The position numbers and the translations under genes were made by a program. Shown one piece after another: positions 14,408 through 26,318 of a stretch of DNA of 64,000 nucleotides; position 1 is the stretch's first letter; the number at the start of each line of letters is the position of its first letter. Under the pieces are notes generated by a model. It had not been told where the DNA came from. It made no database searches and saw nothing but the letters and a program-made list of their open reading frames with translations. The stretch comes from Pecten maximus (taxonomy: Eukaryota), in the NCBI RefSeq assembly GCF_902652985.1, contig NC_047025.1:39308001-39372000 (forward strand). Direction: 5' to 3'.

Positions 14408-15042
14408 GTAAATGGAGTACAATTTTTTTTTAAAACTTTAACTTGTGTAAACCTTAACATGGCTACATACTAGTACACACAATGCAGACATACATTATTT
14501 AGTCAACTTTAACGCAAAATAAGTATTGATGCAAATGTTTTTTTAAAAGTATTATATATATACGTAATGTTTTGAAAGAAAAATTGCCTAATGATATAAC
14601 ACTTAATTGTTTTACAAATAATTCATTCATTGCTGCATATAGTCAGTGATGCTTCATATAAATATATATATTTTTTTTTATCTTTTCTCAGTGTTAATTA
14701 ACTTATAAATTGTTAAGAATTTGTGAGGGTATTGAGCTATTTATCTATAATATAAATGATTATAAAGGATCAGAGGTAAGTTTTGCTTCAGTGAGTCAAT
14801 GTGTCATGTAACGGAAGTAGGTCACTGTCACCTACATTTTTGCATTTGACCTAAAACCATACCATTTTATCTATATACCAGGTTCTTGTCACTACTGCAT
14901 ATGCATGCATATCATAGTTTGGTCATAGCAGGTTCACTTTGGATTGTTCAGCTTTAATTTGCTGTGTAAAATCTAGTGTTGAAGCATACACAACATGACT
15001 TTGTCTTTTACATTGAACAAATTATTTTTTTTTCATTTTCAG

Positions 15043-15148
15043 TTTTCAACCCACGGGATCAGAGAAATATTGCAACTAGAGACCAGATACCACTGAAGTT
15101 GGCATATGCCATCACCATTCATAAAGCACAAGGCATGACCTTAGATAG
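15043..15148 (+). CDS. PIF1-like helicase, exon 2
   Basis: TTTTCAG| acceptor. In frame: VFNPRDQRNIATRDQIPLKLAYAITIHKAQGMTLD (motif V). Donor AG|GTAATG. Confidence 0.9.
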
Positions 15149-15871
15149 GTAATGAATAAAGTTCAAGGCAGATGTACATGTTTGTCTGGTTAAGTGTGAT
15201 TTCATGTGAATTATACATAGCATTTTACATAACAATACCTTCATGTAATTATATCTTGTATAAATAAAGTTGAAACTTGTTAAACTGAACTTGCATAACT
15301 TGAATACCCAATTTATTTCCAAATATTGTGTTATTCATGATCAAATTTACAATAACTCAAATAAATCACTCTCTTTGTATCCATAACATTACAACTTGGT
15401 CGTTGGCCCACAAAAATGGTATGTCATGACTCATGTACCATAAGAAAGTAACTGTGACCTACATTTTGACTGTTGACCTCCATCACAGAATTTCAATTAG
15501 GCTTGTCAGGGCCCAACTACCTTCACTGTTTCTGCCATCCTTGAGTCATAGTAAGGTTGTGTAAAGTGACAAAAATTAGGTCACTGTGACATATATTTAT
15601 ACATTTGATCAAAGAAAATCTCTTCATTCACAATATCTTAGGGGACTGTTAGTGGATTGATTAATCTTGTTTTCTAAAAAAGTTGTGTAGGAATACTGTG
15701 ATAATTGACAATGACATGTAATAGTTTAAGGAAATTGAACACATCAACCATGACCGCATGCACATATGTTTTCATCTACAGTTGCTTTGCCAAATAATAG
15801 GTATTTTGAAGGTAAATTATGACACATGCACACAGACAAAATATTAATTGCTTGTGAATATGTGTATGCAG

Positions 15872-16069
15872 GGTCGAGGTTGACTGCAGTGGGGTATTCA
15901 AGCCAGGCCAAATTGCAGTGGCAATAGGAAGAGCAAAGACCACAATGGGACTTCGTGTCATCAACTTCTCTCCAAACCTGTGCATACCCCCACCATCTTC
16001 TATTCAAGATTGGATTGATCAGCCATCAACACCAATTTCAGAGGATCTTTCTTGTTGCAATCATAAAAG
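15872..16069 (+). CDS. PIF1-like helicase, exon 3
   Basis: In frame: RVEVDCSGVFKPGQIAVAIGRA (motif VI variant). Donor AG|GTATAA. Confidence 0.85.
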
Positions 16070-16477
16070 GTATAACACTACAGGAATGTTGGGTTTATAA
16101 ATACAGATCCTTTTAATGTTACATCATCAAACCATCCTAAAGCAAGTACATTTGTGAAATGTGTAATAAGCTCTATAACACAATGTTGTTTAGATTTAAT
16201 TCTGTTCACATTCACTAACAAGTTTTACTCCATCTGATTTTACACAAAATGTATTCGCTGTAGATTCTGTTTAATCTGAAGTACTTATAGAATAGTATTC
16301 GAATTAATAGGTATATACCATCTAGTTGTTACGGTAGGTCACAGTTAGTAGGCCTCTTAGATCAATTAAAATGTTTTAATGTCATGTCTTAATATTGGTA
16401 ATCTGTGTTGTATGACCTACCTAAATTCTCAGTAATTTGACCTCTTTTATACCACACAATAATAATAATAATAATAG

Positions 16478-17246
16478 GTAAGAGGCCAAGGAACTTCATA
16501 TTGGGCCTGTAGCATACTGGGATGAAGTGCTACCAAGTTTGTTCAAATAATTGACCTTGACCTTCATTCAAGGTCACATTGGTCAAATAGGCTATAATCT
16601 TCAAACGACTTCTTCTCAATAACCAAGAGGCCCGGGGACTTGATATTGGGCCTGTAGCATGCTGGGGTGAAGGGCTACAAAGTTTGTTCAAATAAATGAC
16701 CTTGACCTTCATTCAAGGTCACATTGGTCAAATAGGCTATATTTTTCAAACAACTTCTTCTCAATAACCAAGAGGCCCGGGGACTTGATATTGGGCCTGT
16801 AGCATGCTGGGGTGATCAAGGGCTACAAAGTTTGTTCAAATAAATGACCTTGACCTTCATTCAAGGTCATATTGGTCAAATAGGCTATATTCTTCAAATG
16901 ACTTCTTCTTAATAACCAAGAGGCCCAGGGACTTGATATTGGGCCTGTAGCATGCTGGGGTGAAGGGCTACAAAGTTTGTTCAAATGAATGACCCTTGAC
17001 CTACATTTAAGGTCACAGGGGTGAAATCGGCTTAAATCTGTAAACAATAATTTTGCGATAGCCAAGAGCCTCCTAGACCAGATATTAGGCCAATAAAATG
17101 CTGGAATGGTGGACTAGAAAATTTATTAATATGAATAAACCTAGCTTACTATGATAATCAGCATAGTATCTGTAGAAATGACCTCAATCAACTTCAAAGT
17201 TGCTGTAGAGCCAGGTGAGCGATACAGGCCCATTGGGCCTCTTGTT
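16478..17246 (-). mobile_element. Non-autonomous Helitron/Helentron-type repeat with internal ~135-bp tandem units, in a Pif1 intron
   Basis: About 3.5 copies of a TGACCTTGACCTT..AAGGTCA-containing unit. End sequence CAGGTGAGCGATACAGGCCCATTGGGCCTCTTGTT resembles common bivalve Helitron-like repeats. Confidence 0.6.
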
Positions 17247-17422
17247 CTTGGGGTACTTTGGATTTCCTCCACCTCCCAAACTTGGTATATCCTTATAAAT
17301 AACCCAGCTGGTTGTTAATAGGATGTAAATTGAAATCAAACCAGAACTTGTTTGGGTTCATGACTATATAATGGTAACATGTTATGTTAAATGCCTTGTG
17401 TTTTTAAATGTTGTCTTGACAG

Positions 17423-17510
17423 TTTCAGATTGTATGAGGACTGTTACAGTGTGTTAAATTGTCAATTAGTTGAGGTTTTTATCATAAAGGAGGGGAACAA
17501 GGAGGAAAAG
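17423..17510 (+). CDS. Putative PIF1-like exon 4
   Basis: GACAG| acceptor, open in the required phase 2 (SFRLYEDCYSVLNCQLVEVFIIKEGNKEEK), donor AAG|GTACAA. No motif support. Confidence 0.4.
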
Positions 17511-20500
17511 GTACAATTTGAAAAGCAATAGCTGTTAAAATTCCTATTCATTGTTAGTGGAAGAAAATTTAACTGTAGTATATTTGTTGTAGTCATATTC
17601 TTCATATAGTCTAAATAAACATTTCATGTTTTATTTGTACACTCAATAACCAAGAAGTCACAAGCTGGAATGAAGGGCTATCAACATTGTTATAATGGAT
17701 ACTCTTCCTCATCCTCCATTTTCTTAATAAACTATTAGGAAAGAGTGCATGTGCAGAAAAGTATATCTATATTAATTTATTTCTTGTTTTTTCTTATATA
17801 TATAAAAAGGCAACAAATAACAGATAGTCATTATATTTGTTAATTATGGAGGATGTGTTCAAGTAGGATGGTTTTTTTTAAAGAAAAGAGTGTTAACGTT
17901 GCTAGTGGCTACTTTGGTAGGTATATAATACTAGTTAATGATTCTGGAAAGAATTTGTACTTAAAGAGATCTGTATGTGTTTGTTTTTGTTTGAATTTAT
18001 GTGACCTCGAGCTCCATGGTCATACTGTCAGATTGTGTTAGATTGTGTTAATTTTTTTTCTGTGGGAATAGATATGTTGTAGTGTGTTATTTTGTACAGA
18101 AGTTTTAAACAATACAAGCTATCATGCATCTGTTTTCAGTAGAATCTTTGAAGTTCAATGACTTAAAGATGTTGATGGTGCTTGAAGACCCACTTTCAAA
18201 CATATACATTGGTCAATTGTTTAAATCTCCAAAATCAACAGGCCAAGGATGATGATAGTTAACCTGTTCATACAAATGAATGACATTGAACTGCTTTCAG
18301 TTCACCTGGTGTGAAATTTAAAGACCTGTTAAATTGTTGACCAGCAATTTCTAGTTGAGGTTGATTGATATTGCCCATAATTGTCATATACTAATAAGTA
18401 GATATATAAATTATAAGTGAATGTAAAAGAATGTCCTGATATATATACATTTTCATCATTCCAATTCCAGACCTTCTTAGCCTAGTGACTCATTGGCCAT
18501 TACTATTTCATTCTTGAACCAACCTAATGTTATTTGATGAATGCATTTCAAATATATTTGTCTCAAATTAAAGTTTAAGTCATGTCTTTTAAAAAACATT
18601 CCAATACCAGAACATTAAAAAAAGAATTGTTTATTTTGTTTTGAAGTTATTTATCAACATTTAAATCATCATCATCATCATCATCTAAGTGATTTTACAT
18701 GTACTCAACTTATCAATAAAACATCATCAATATAATATTAATTAATTAAGTGTGTCAACTCACCATGTGATCACGGTCATTTTGAAGGACCTTTTGATGA
18801 ATAACAGTCTTCAAATCAGACTGACACCACTTTTGTAATCAGTATAAAGTCTAATTTCATTATGTCACTTCGTTTAACGGGTTCGAAATTTCCCGCAATA
18901 TTTTTCCTTTCGGATATTCACGATCGGATAAATCTAGAGAGACTACGAAAATCGATGGAAATGTGTTTAACCAATCAGATTGCTTGTTTCAAAACTTACC
19001 TCGGCTGGCACAAAATGGCTACTCAGGTGGAAAATCTGCTATCAGTATGCATAAAAAGTCCTGGGGCCGTCGACAGGGTGCTTGTATTCACCAAGTAAGT
19101 GTATATGAAAGTTGCATTCGGTGATCTGATGAAGCGTCCTTCTTGATTAACCCGTGGACTTCGTATTTAAAGCTATGTCCAATAGAGTCAAAGTGTGGTG
19201 ACCCCGTTACGTCAACTTGTCCGACTAAACAAAATCGAGGGGATTTTGAAGTTTCACGCCCGATTTCGTAAACTAATATCGAGAAATCGACAACATGTTA
19301 TGGCTTATTTTAAAGATTGACCATTTCTCTTCAATTTAAGTCCTACTTCGAAAAAATCCACCCAATACAACCGAAGCTAAGGTACTTAGAAATAAATACA
19401 TCAGATTTCAAGCCTGGGGGAGTTCAGAACCTTTCTCATTTATATGTACTCTATATGTTATTATTTTATAAAAACGAGTCAGGCACCTGTGATCCAGTAC
19501 TTAAATATTGTTTAACACATATCCAGAATTATTCAGAGTTCATCAAAGTTACAGAAATGGAGTCGTCCTCTGATGCTTCCGTTCTGTCTACACTCCCGAC
19601 ACCTTGAGCAATACGGGTATGCGAATCGCACCTTTCAAGTACAGCAATTTTCCCGGGACACTAAGTTTTCACGATCAGATACACACCCGGCTTTCCTACC
19701 ATAAAAGGAGTGGCTTACAATCACCTTTGCCACTTGATTTTAGATCGAGCGTGCACCAATACACTACGCGATTTGCACGCATATAAATCGTGGACTAAAC
19801 ATATTATATGAATATAATGATGTTTTTTTATATTTAAAAATTGAGTGAATATTGTGATAAATTCATTCTTTCCTTTGTGTTGTTTTAACACCGATCAGAA
19901 TGGGACACTTAGGCCTTTGTATAGTCTAAATTTTTATTCTTTTCGTTTGATTTCGTTTTGTTTCGTTTGATTTCTTTTCGCACATTACAGGTACCCATCT
20001 ACTGGTAAGTGTATGTGATCGAATCGACTGCTGATGCTTATATTAAAAACAACATGTATAAAGTATATGTCATTATTTCCACGATACGATGCAAGGGGGA
20101 TAATTCTCGTCAAACACGGGTTTCTTTTGTATTTCAAACCGATTGTGTAAATGTTAAACTGAAGTATACATTTTTTATACTTTTCTTATCGTGAGCCCTA
20201 TCTATTTTTATTTTTACACTTTTTTTCAAAATAGATTGATGTAGAATATTAAAGATAGAAGGAAACAAAAATGAACTAACACTGTGAGTATTTACCATGG
20301 CTAAGTTTGTAAGCTCGGAGGATACTGATTGTTAAGTATAAGATTGTATATGAATACAGGGGGTCTGCAATGTTTACCTTTTTATCATTATTGACATCTT
20401 GGACATTTATTACTTATTTAAGGTAACAGTAAACTACTTCAATACTGCACAAGGATCTAACATTTTAAACACAGACATAATAACAACAAGTTTGTTTCTA

Positions 20501-22199
20501 TATCATATCAATATATATATGAATATAAGGGCACTCTTGTCCACATTTTTCGCTGAAAACTATTTTGTTGGCTTAAAAGGAAAGAAAGGGATCAGTCACA
20601 AGTTATCACCACAACGGCCATGACCACTTTTCGATTAGCCCAATGCTCAAATACGTTTCCTTCTGTGTCGTTCTATTGAATGTATACATTGTAATTATTA
20701 CGATAACTATGTCGGTACTCTGGTACAATCGTGAGAAACATATACAAACTGTATTAGTAATACAAGGGGAAAGTTTATGATCGGGCCTCTAACTCACAAT
20801 CTGCGGCACCTAATCGCCTAGAGAGAAATATCTTAGTTTACACCACTACGCCAAAACCACGATTTAAATCCTCCCTGTATATAAGGTCTAACAAATAATA
20901 ACGACGGTAAGGTCAAATATAGGTAAATTTCCTATCTACATTAATAATTACAATACAGATACTCATGTTGACAAGTTATTTGGTTCCTGTAAAAATGCAA
21001 CAAACTACATAATGTATAATGGACCTGTCCTAGGTTATTGTATAGGTAGTTCTCGCTTAATTACGAGGTGTACATATCATATGTGCAGGTTTTTCACCAG
21101 ATCGATCAGTCGTACATGTATTAACTGAAAATGACTGTATATATGTAGGCATAATCAGAATTAAACGACCATCAACTTCCTGGGATAGTTCCTATGTAGG
21201 GATGAACCAACCAATTGAAAAAAAAATATTTTTGAAACAGCCCCTGTGTATAGAAAGTTGAGACAAGGATAACATGTCTGGCAGCCACTGATTGGCCAGT
21301 ATGTTATGAAATGAGAAAATAGATATGTAGCCTGATAGGTAACTATCAATAAGAAATGTTGATATAAATTTCGTAAGTCCGATTGAAATTTTCCCCAAAA
21401 GTTCAGGTGATAATAATAAACAGGTAAACATTTAAGATTTTTGAGAATTTTTATTTCGAAATTCACCTATTTTCAAAATGGCTACCCGTGGAGAAAATTT
21501 GAGCTGAAGGACTCAACTTTTTTTTTTGATTAGGTGTTATATCAGACCCTAAACTTTTGTTATAAACCATAATTGTCATATCGAATTCAAGAATTTGAAT
21601 GAAATACTCCAAAACGTTAACACTAAAGTCTATTGGAAAACAATTGGTTAGTTGGTCTCTATAGAAACTCCTATCTTTTTAAATATTTTAATATATATGC
21701 AAGAGTTTTTTCATTGATACTTTTTTGAAGTGATGTTGTTTATCTATGTATATTTTTATCTACTCTCTCCAGAATAGTTTTTGGTTTGCTTTGTTTGTAC
21801 TGTACACACATTTTTTTTAGGAATATTATATATATATCTATTTCACGATATAATATTGTATCAGACAGCAAAGAATCTCAAAACTCGTTGACGTGACAAT
21901 GTTCTCAACAAAACATCAAGGCTATAGGGGGTGAAAAACAAACGAAAATATGTTTTCTCATCTTCAAAATCAAATCCTATTCATTGCATCCATGATAGCC
22001 GTTCTATATTCAGTGTTTGGAAAAGCATATAAGAACAGGATTTGACCTCTATTGTAGATCTGATGCGTCGAAATCTAGTTGAGTTAACATACTATCAAAT
22101 AATAATGTCCAACCTAAATTAAGAAAACGATATGACTCTTAAGGTAAACCAGTAGGCATTATCATTGAAAGTAGAGGTAACACTCATAAAAATGTATCG

Positions 22200-23250
22200 A
22201 CCAAACACACGCCCAACTTCAGTTATAATGAAATCGTGAAGGATGTCAATAATGTTTTGAAATGTAGTGACTTAAATTTAATTTTAGATTCACAGTGAGA
22301 CAAACTAATTATAAACATATAGATAATACTATGGCTAGAGATAAAGCTAAAGAATGTATACAGAAGCCAGATATGATTCATCTTTATAGACAACAACACC
22401 CAGATACTAGGAGATATACACGGAGAAATCGTAGTCCCAGAAACCAAGCCAGGCTAGATAATGTGTCTTCTGTCAGAAACTTTAATTTCTACTGTGATTG
22501 AGTCCAATGCAGAACATACTTATAGGTCAAGTAATGCTATGACACTTACATGTACCAAGGTTAAATTATATTTAATTAATGCTAAAGGGGAAAGGAGTTG
22601 TGAAATTTTAAAAACCCTTTTAAAGATGGCATATATGGAATATGTTAAACTTATAAACAAACGCAATTATTAACACTAAAATTCTGTTCGCTATATCTTT
22701 ATAAATACTAGTTAGTAAAAATGTTGTTCCAAACATAGTTATACAGTTTCTTTATAATAAATGTTCAATGTTGTTTTGAAGTCTCACTCATGGAAATAAA
22801 AATAAAAAATAAAAATAAAAAAAAATGTATATGTCTTATACAACAATGTTAAAGTTAGCTACATAATTTAGACTAATAAGCTAATCTAGAAGGACATAAA
22901 GATATTTTATAATCTAAAATACAAGAATCGGAAATATAAGAATATTGAAATTGCAAGGAAGCGGGAAAAGATCTAAGGCAACATGGATTAAAGGTAATGG
23001 AAAGCCGACCAACTACTTTAATTGGTTATTAAAAATAATTCCAAAAGTAGAAAAAAGATATTGGGATATAATATCAACACCGAATGAAATATCACTAAAG
23101 CACTGAAGATATGTATTTATCAAACTTCTATACTAGCTTTTGGTGACAGCAACAACAACAAAAACCAATTACATGTACTTGAATTAAATTAAATGCAGAC
23201 AAATTCACTTGAGGCTATTGATAACAAATGCACCACGAGAAAAAAGATTA
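22200..23250 (+). mobile_element. Decayed L1/Tx1 LINE fragment (endonuclease/linker region)
   Basis: YRQQHPDTRRYTRRNRSPRNQARLD resembles the APE 'YTW..QARLD' motif. A downstream GKPTNYF resembles the GEKPTKYF motif. Confidence 0.6.
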
Positions 23251-23589
23251 ACCCATAAAAACAAGACGGCGGGGGTGTTTTAATAGCATTTAATGGCTCG
23301 TAAATGTAAAATATACAATTAGCGTTGAGATTTCAAATGTGTTACACTTGTTTAAATGAGGCCTAGCTTGACACAGAACTTCCTATTAGCGATGACGACG
23401 GACAGGGGAGAGCATCCGTATAATCTACAGATATCAACAAGCATACAGGTAAGTTTGTCCTACAAAAGTTTCATCGTGACAAAGCTGAGATGCTGACATG
23501 CCGTATTTTCTAATGTACCCTCTTGAGACTAAACTTATTATTCGCCGACGACAAAGTGTAAATCAGATTGTAAAGTAACTCGTGACTGT

Positions 23590-25380
23590 TTACGCAGTTA
23601 ATACATTATTTTGTAATATCCACAGGTGTACAGTAACCGTGGTTGTTTACGTAGTTAATACATTATTAGGTAATGTCACACAGGTGTACAATAACTCGCG
23701 GTTGTTTACTTAGTTAATACATTATTATTTAATGTCACACAGGTGTACAGTAACCGTGGTTGTTTACGTAGTTAATACATTATTAGGTAATGTCACACAG
23801 GTGTACAATAACTCGCGGTTGTTTACTTAGTTAATACATTATTATTTAATGTCACACAGGTGTACAATAACCGTGGTTGTTAAGCTAATTAATACATTAT
23901 TAGGTAATGTCACACAGGTGTACACTAACTCGTGGTTGTTAAGGTAGTAAATACATTATTAGGTAATATCACACAGGTGTACAGTAACCGTGGTTGTTTA
24001 GTTAGTTAATACATTATTAGGTAATGTCACAAAGGTTTACAGTAACCGTGGTTGTTTACGTAGTTAATACATTATTAGGTAATATCACACAGGTGTACAG
24101 TAACCGTGGTTGTTAAGTTAGTTAATACATTATTAGGTAATGTCACACAGGTGTACAATAACTCGTGGTTGTTTACGTAGTTAATACATTATTAGGTAAT
24201 GTCACACAGGTGTACGGTAACCGTGGTTGTTTACGTAATTAATACATTATTAGGTAATGTCACACAGGTGAACAGTAACACTGGGTTGTTTACGTAGTTA
24301 ATACATTATTAGGTAATGTCACACAGGTGTACAGTAACCGTGTTGTTAACGTAGTTAATACATTATTAGGTAATGTCACACAGGTGTACAGTAACCGTGG
24401 TTTTGAGGTAGTTAATACATTATTAGGTAATGTCACACAGGTGAACAGTAACCCGTGGTTGTTTACTTAGTAAATACATTATTAGGTAATGTCACACAGG
24501 TGAACAGTAACCCGTGGTTGTTTACTTAGTAAATACATTATTAGGTAATGTCACACAGGTGTACAGTAACCGTGGTTTTGAGGTAGTTAATACATTATTA
24601 GGTAATGTCACACAGGTGAACAGTAACCCGTGGTTGTTTACTTAGTAAATACATTATTAGGTAATGTCACACAGGTGTACAGTAACCGTGGTTGTTTACT
24701 TAGTAAATACATTATTAGGTAATGTTACACAGGTGTACAGTAACCGTGGTTGTTTACGTAATTAATACATTATTAGGTAATGTCACACAGGTGTACAGTA
24801 ACCCGTGGCTGTTTACTTAGTAAATACATTATTAGGTAATGTTACACAGGTGTACGGTAACCGTGGTTGTTTACGTAATTAATACATTATTAGGTAATGT
24901 CACACAGGTGAACAGTAACACTGGGTTGTTTACGTAGTTAATACATTATTAGGTAATGTCACACAGGTGTACAGTAACCGTGGTTTTGAGGTAGCTAATA
25001 CATTATTAGGTAATGTCACACAGGTGTACAGTAACCGTGGTTGTTTACTTAGTTAATACATTATTAGGTAATGTCACACAAGTGTACAGTAACCGTGGTT
25101 GTTTACTTAGTTAATACATTATTAGGTAATGTCACACAGGTGTACAGTAACACTGGGTTGTTTACGTAGTTAATACATTATTAGGTAATGTCACACAAGT
25201 GTACAGTAACCGTGGTTGTTTACTTAGTTAATACATTATTAGGTAATGTCACACAGGTGTACAGTAACCGTGGTTGTTTACTTAGTTAATACATTATTAG
25301 GTAATGTCACACAGGTGTACAGTAACACTGGGTTGTTTACTTAGTTAATGCATTATTAGGTAATGTCACACAAGTGTACC
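23590..25380. repeat. 58-bp minisatellite
   Basis: Unit CACACAGGTGTACAGTAACCGTGGTTGTTTACGTAGTTAATACATTATTAGGTAATGT. Confidence 0.95.
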
Positions 25381-26318
25381 TCCTTGTTATACGGGTAACA
25401 TTAATACTGGGACACAAAGCCGGACGAGGTGAGCATCTAGGACGTATTTTTCATTTCACGTGACTTCCTGCAAACTGTAATCGAAAACAACATCATATGA
25501 TAAGCATTGTACATTTCTCAGTAGTACTGTGTTGATGTTTGTTTAATAGCTATTTCCTGTTATTCGTACAAGTCGAGTTTCGTTATATTTTGTGTCCTCT
25601 ATAAAACTGTTTTTATGAACTTTTATGAATGTTTACATATATAAAACCTGTGTCTTATTTTTCAGAGTTGTGCATTTTTACTGTACACTACTACCTTATG
25701 TCTTGTGTATCTTTTGTACAATCGTTACATGAAATTAGTTATCTAATATGTATTTCCGTCATATCACGGGGTCATGGATTTCGATATTTTAAAGATTCCG
25801 TGGAATCAAGCAATGGCGTCAGCGTCTCCACATTATTGTAGCTACTACTACAACAGGAAATAAATAAAGGTTAATATAATGGTTACACTTCTCCCGTACT
25901 TTTTTCTCAGACTAAGGAAAATATTTCGTTGAAATTTTTGCAAGTTATTAAGAAAAGTTCAGTAGAATTATAATCATTTTAATTACAGTATATAACTCAT
26001 GATATGAATGTTATCAACATTAACTTGTTACTTGTTAATATTATCTCCTGATTTTGTGTTTGTACAGAATGAAAATACTTACAAAAGCAAACAAAGATAG
26101 TACTTGTCCAAATTGGATTTATTTTCTATGCATATTTTAATACATTAAGCTATATATGGAAACACCTCTTGTTTGGATGTAACTTAATCTTAACACTGCT
26201 CAATAATATATTAATGTTGGTTGAATGATAATGAAAAAAAATATGTATATACAACGGAAAATAGTATTGTCAAGCCATTCCTTTAACAAAGAGTTTTTAT
26301 GTTCTTAACTCATTTGTT

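Larger units (their letters stand above)
12795..19491 (+). mobile_element. 6.7-kb long-TIR DNA transposon carrying a Pif1 helicase gene (P/Galileo-like by termini and TSD)
   Basis: 577-bp TIRs at 12795-13371 and 18915-19491, with ~3 mismatches seen. Termini CACAGG...CCTGTG. 7-bp TSD ATCCAGT at 12788-12794 and 19492-19498. Confidence 0.9.
11655..19996. mobile_element. Non-autonomous Mutator-like (MULE) element, ~1.6 kb excluding the nested insertion
   Basis: Termini GGGTACC...GGTACCC. Imperfect TIRs contain (CGAAA)n and AGTGTCCCATTCT-ATCGGTGT. Perfect 9-bp TSD ATCTACTGG at 11646-11654 and 19997-20005. Confidence 0.8.

Noticed and set aside
13414-16069. Helitron or host PIF1 assignment for the helicase
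   Set aside because: There is no HUH Rep domain or N-terminal extension, and the gene is bounded by TIRs with a TSD.
12781-19607. Duplicated small ORFs (MTISLQFKSY..., ...IHDRINLERLRK...) on opposite strands
   Set aside because: A by-product of the 577-bp TIRs, with no coding evidence.
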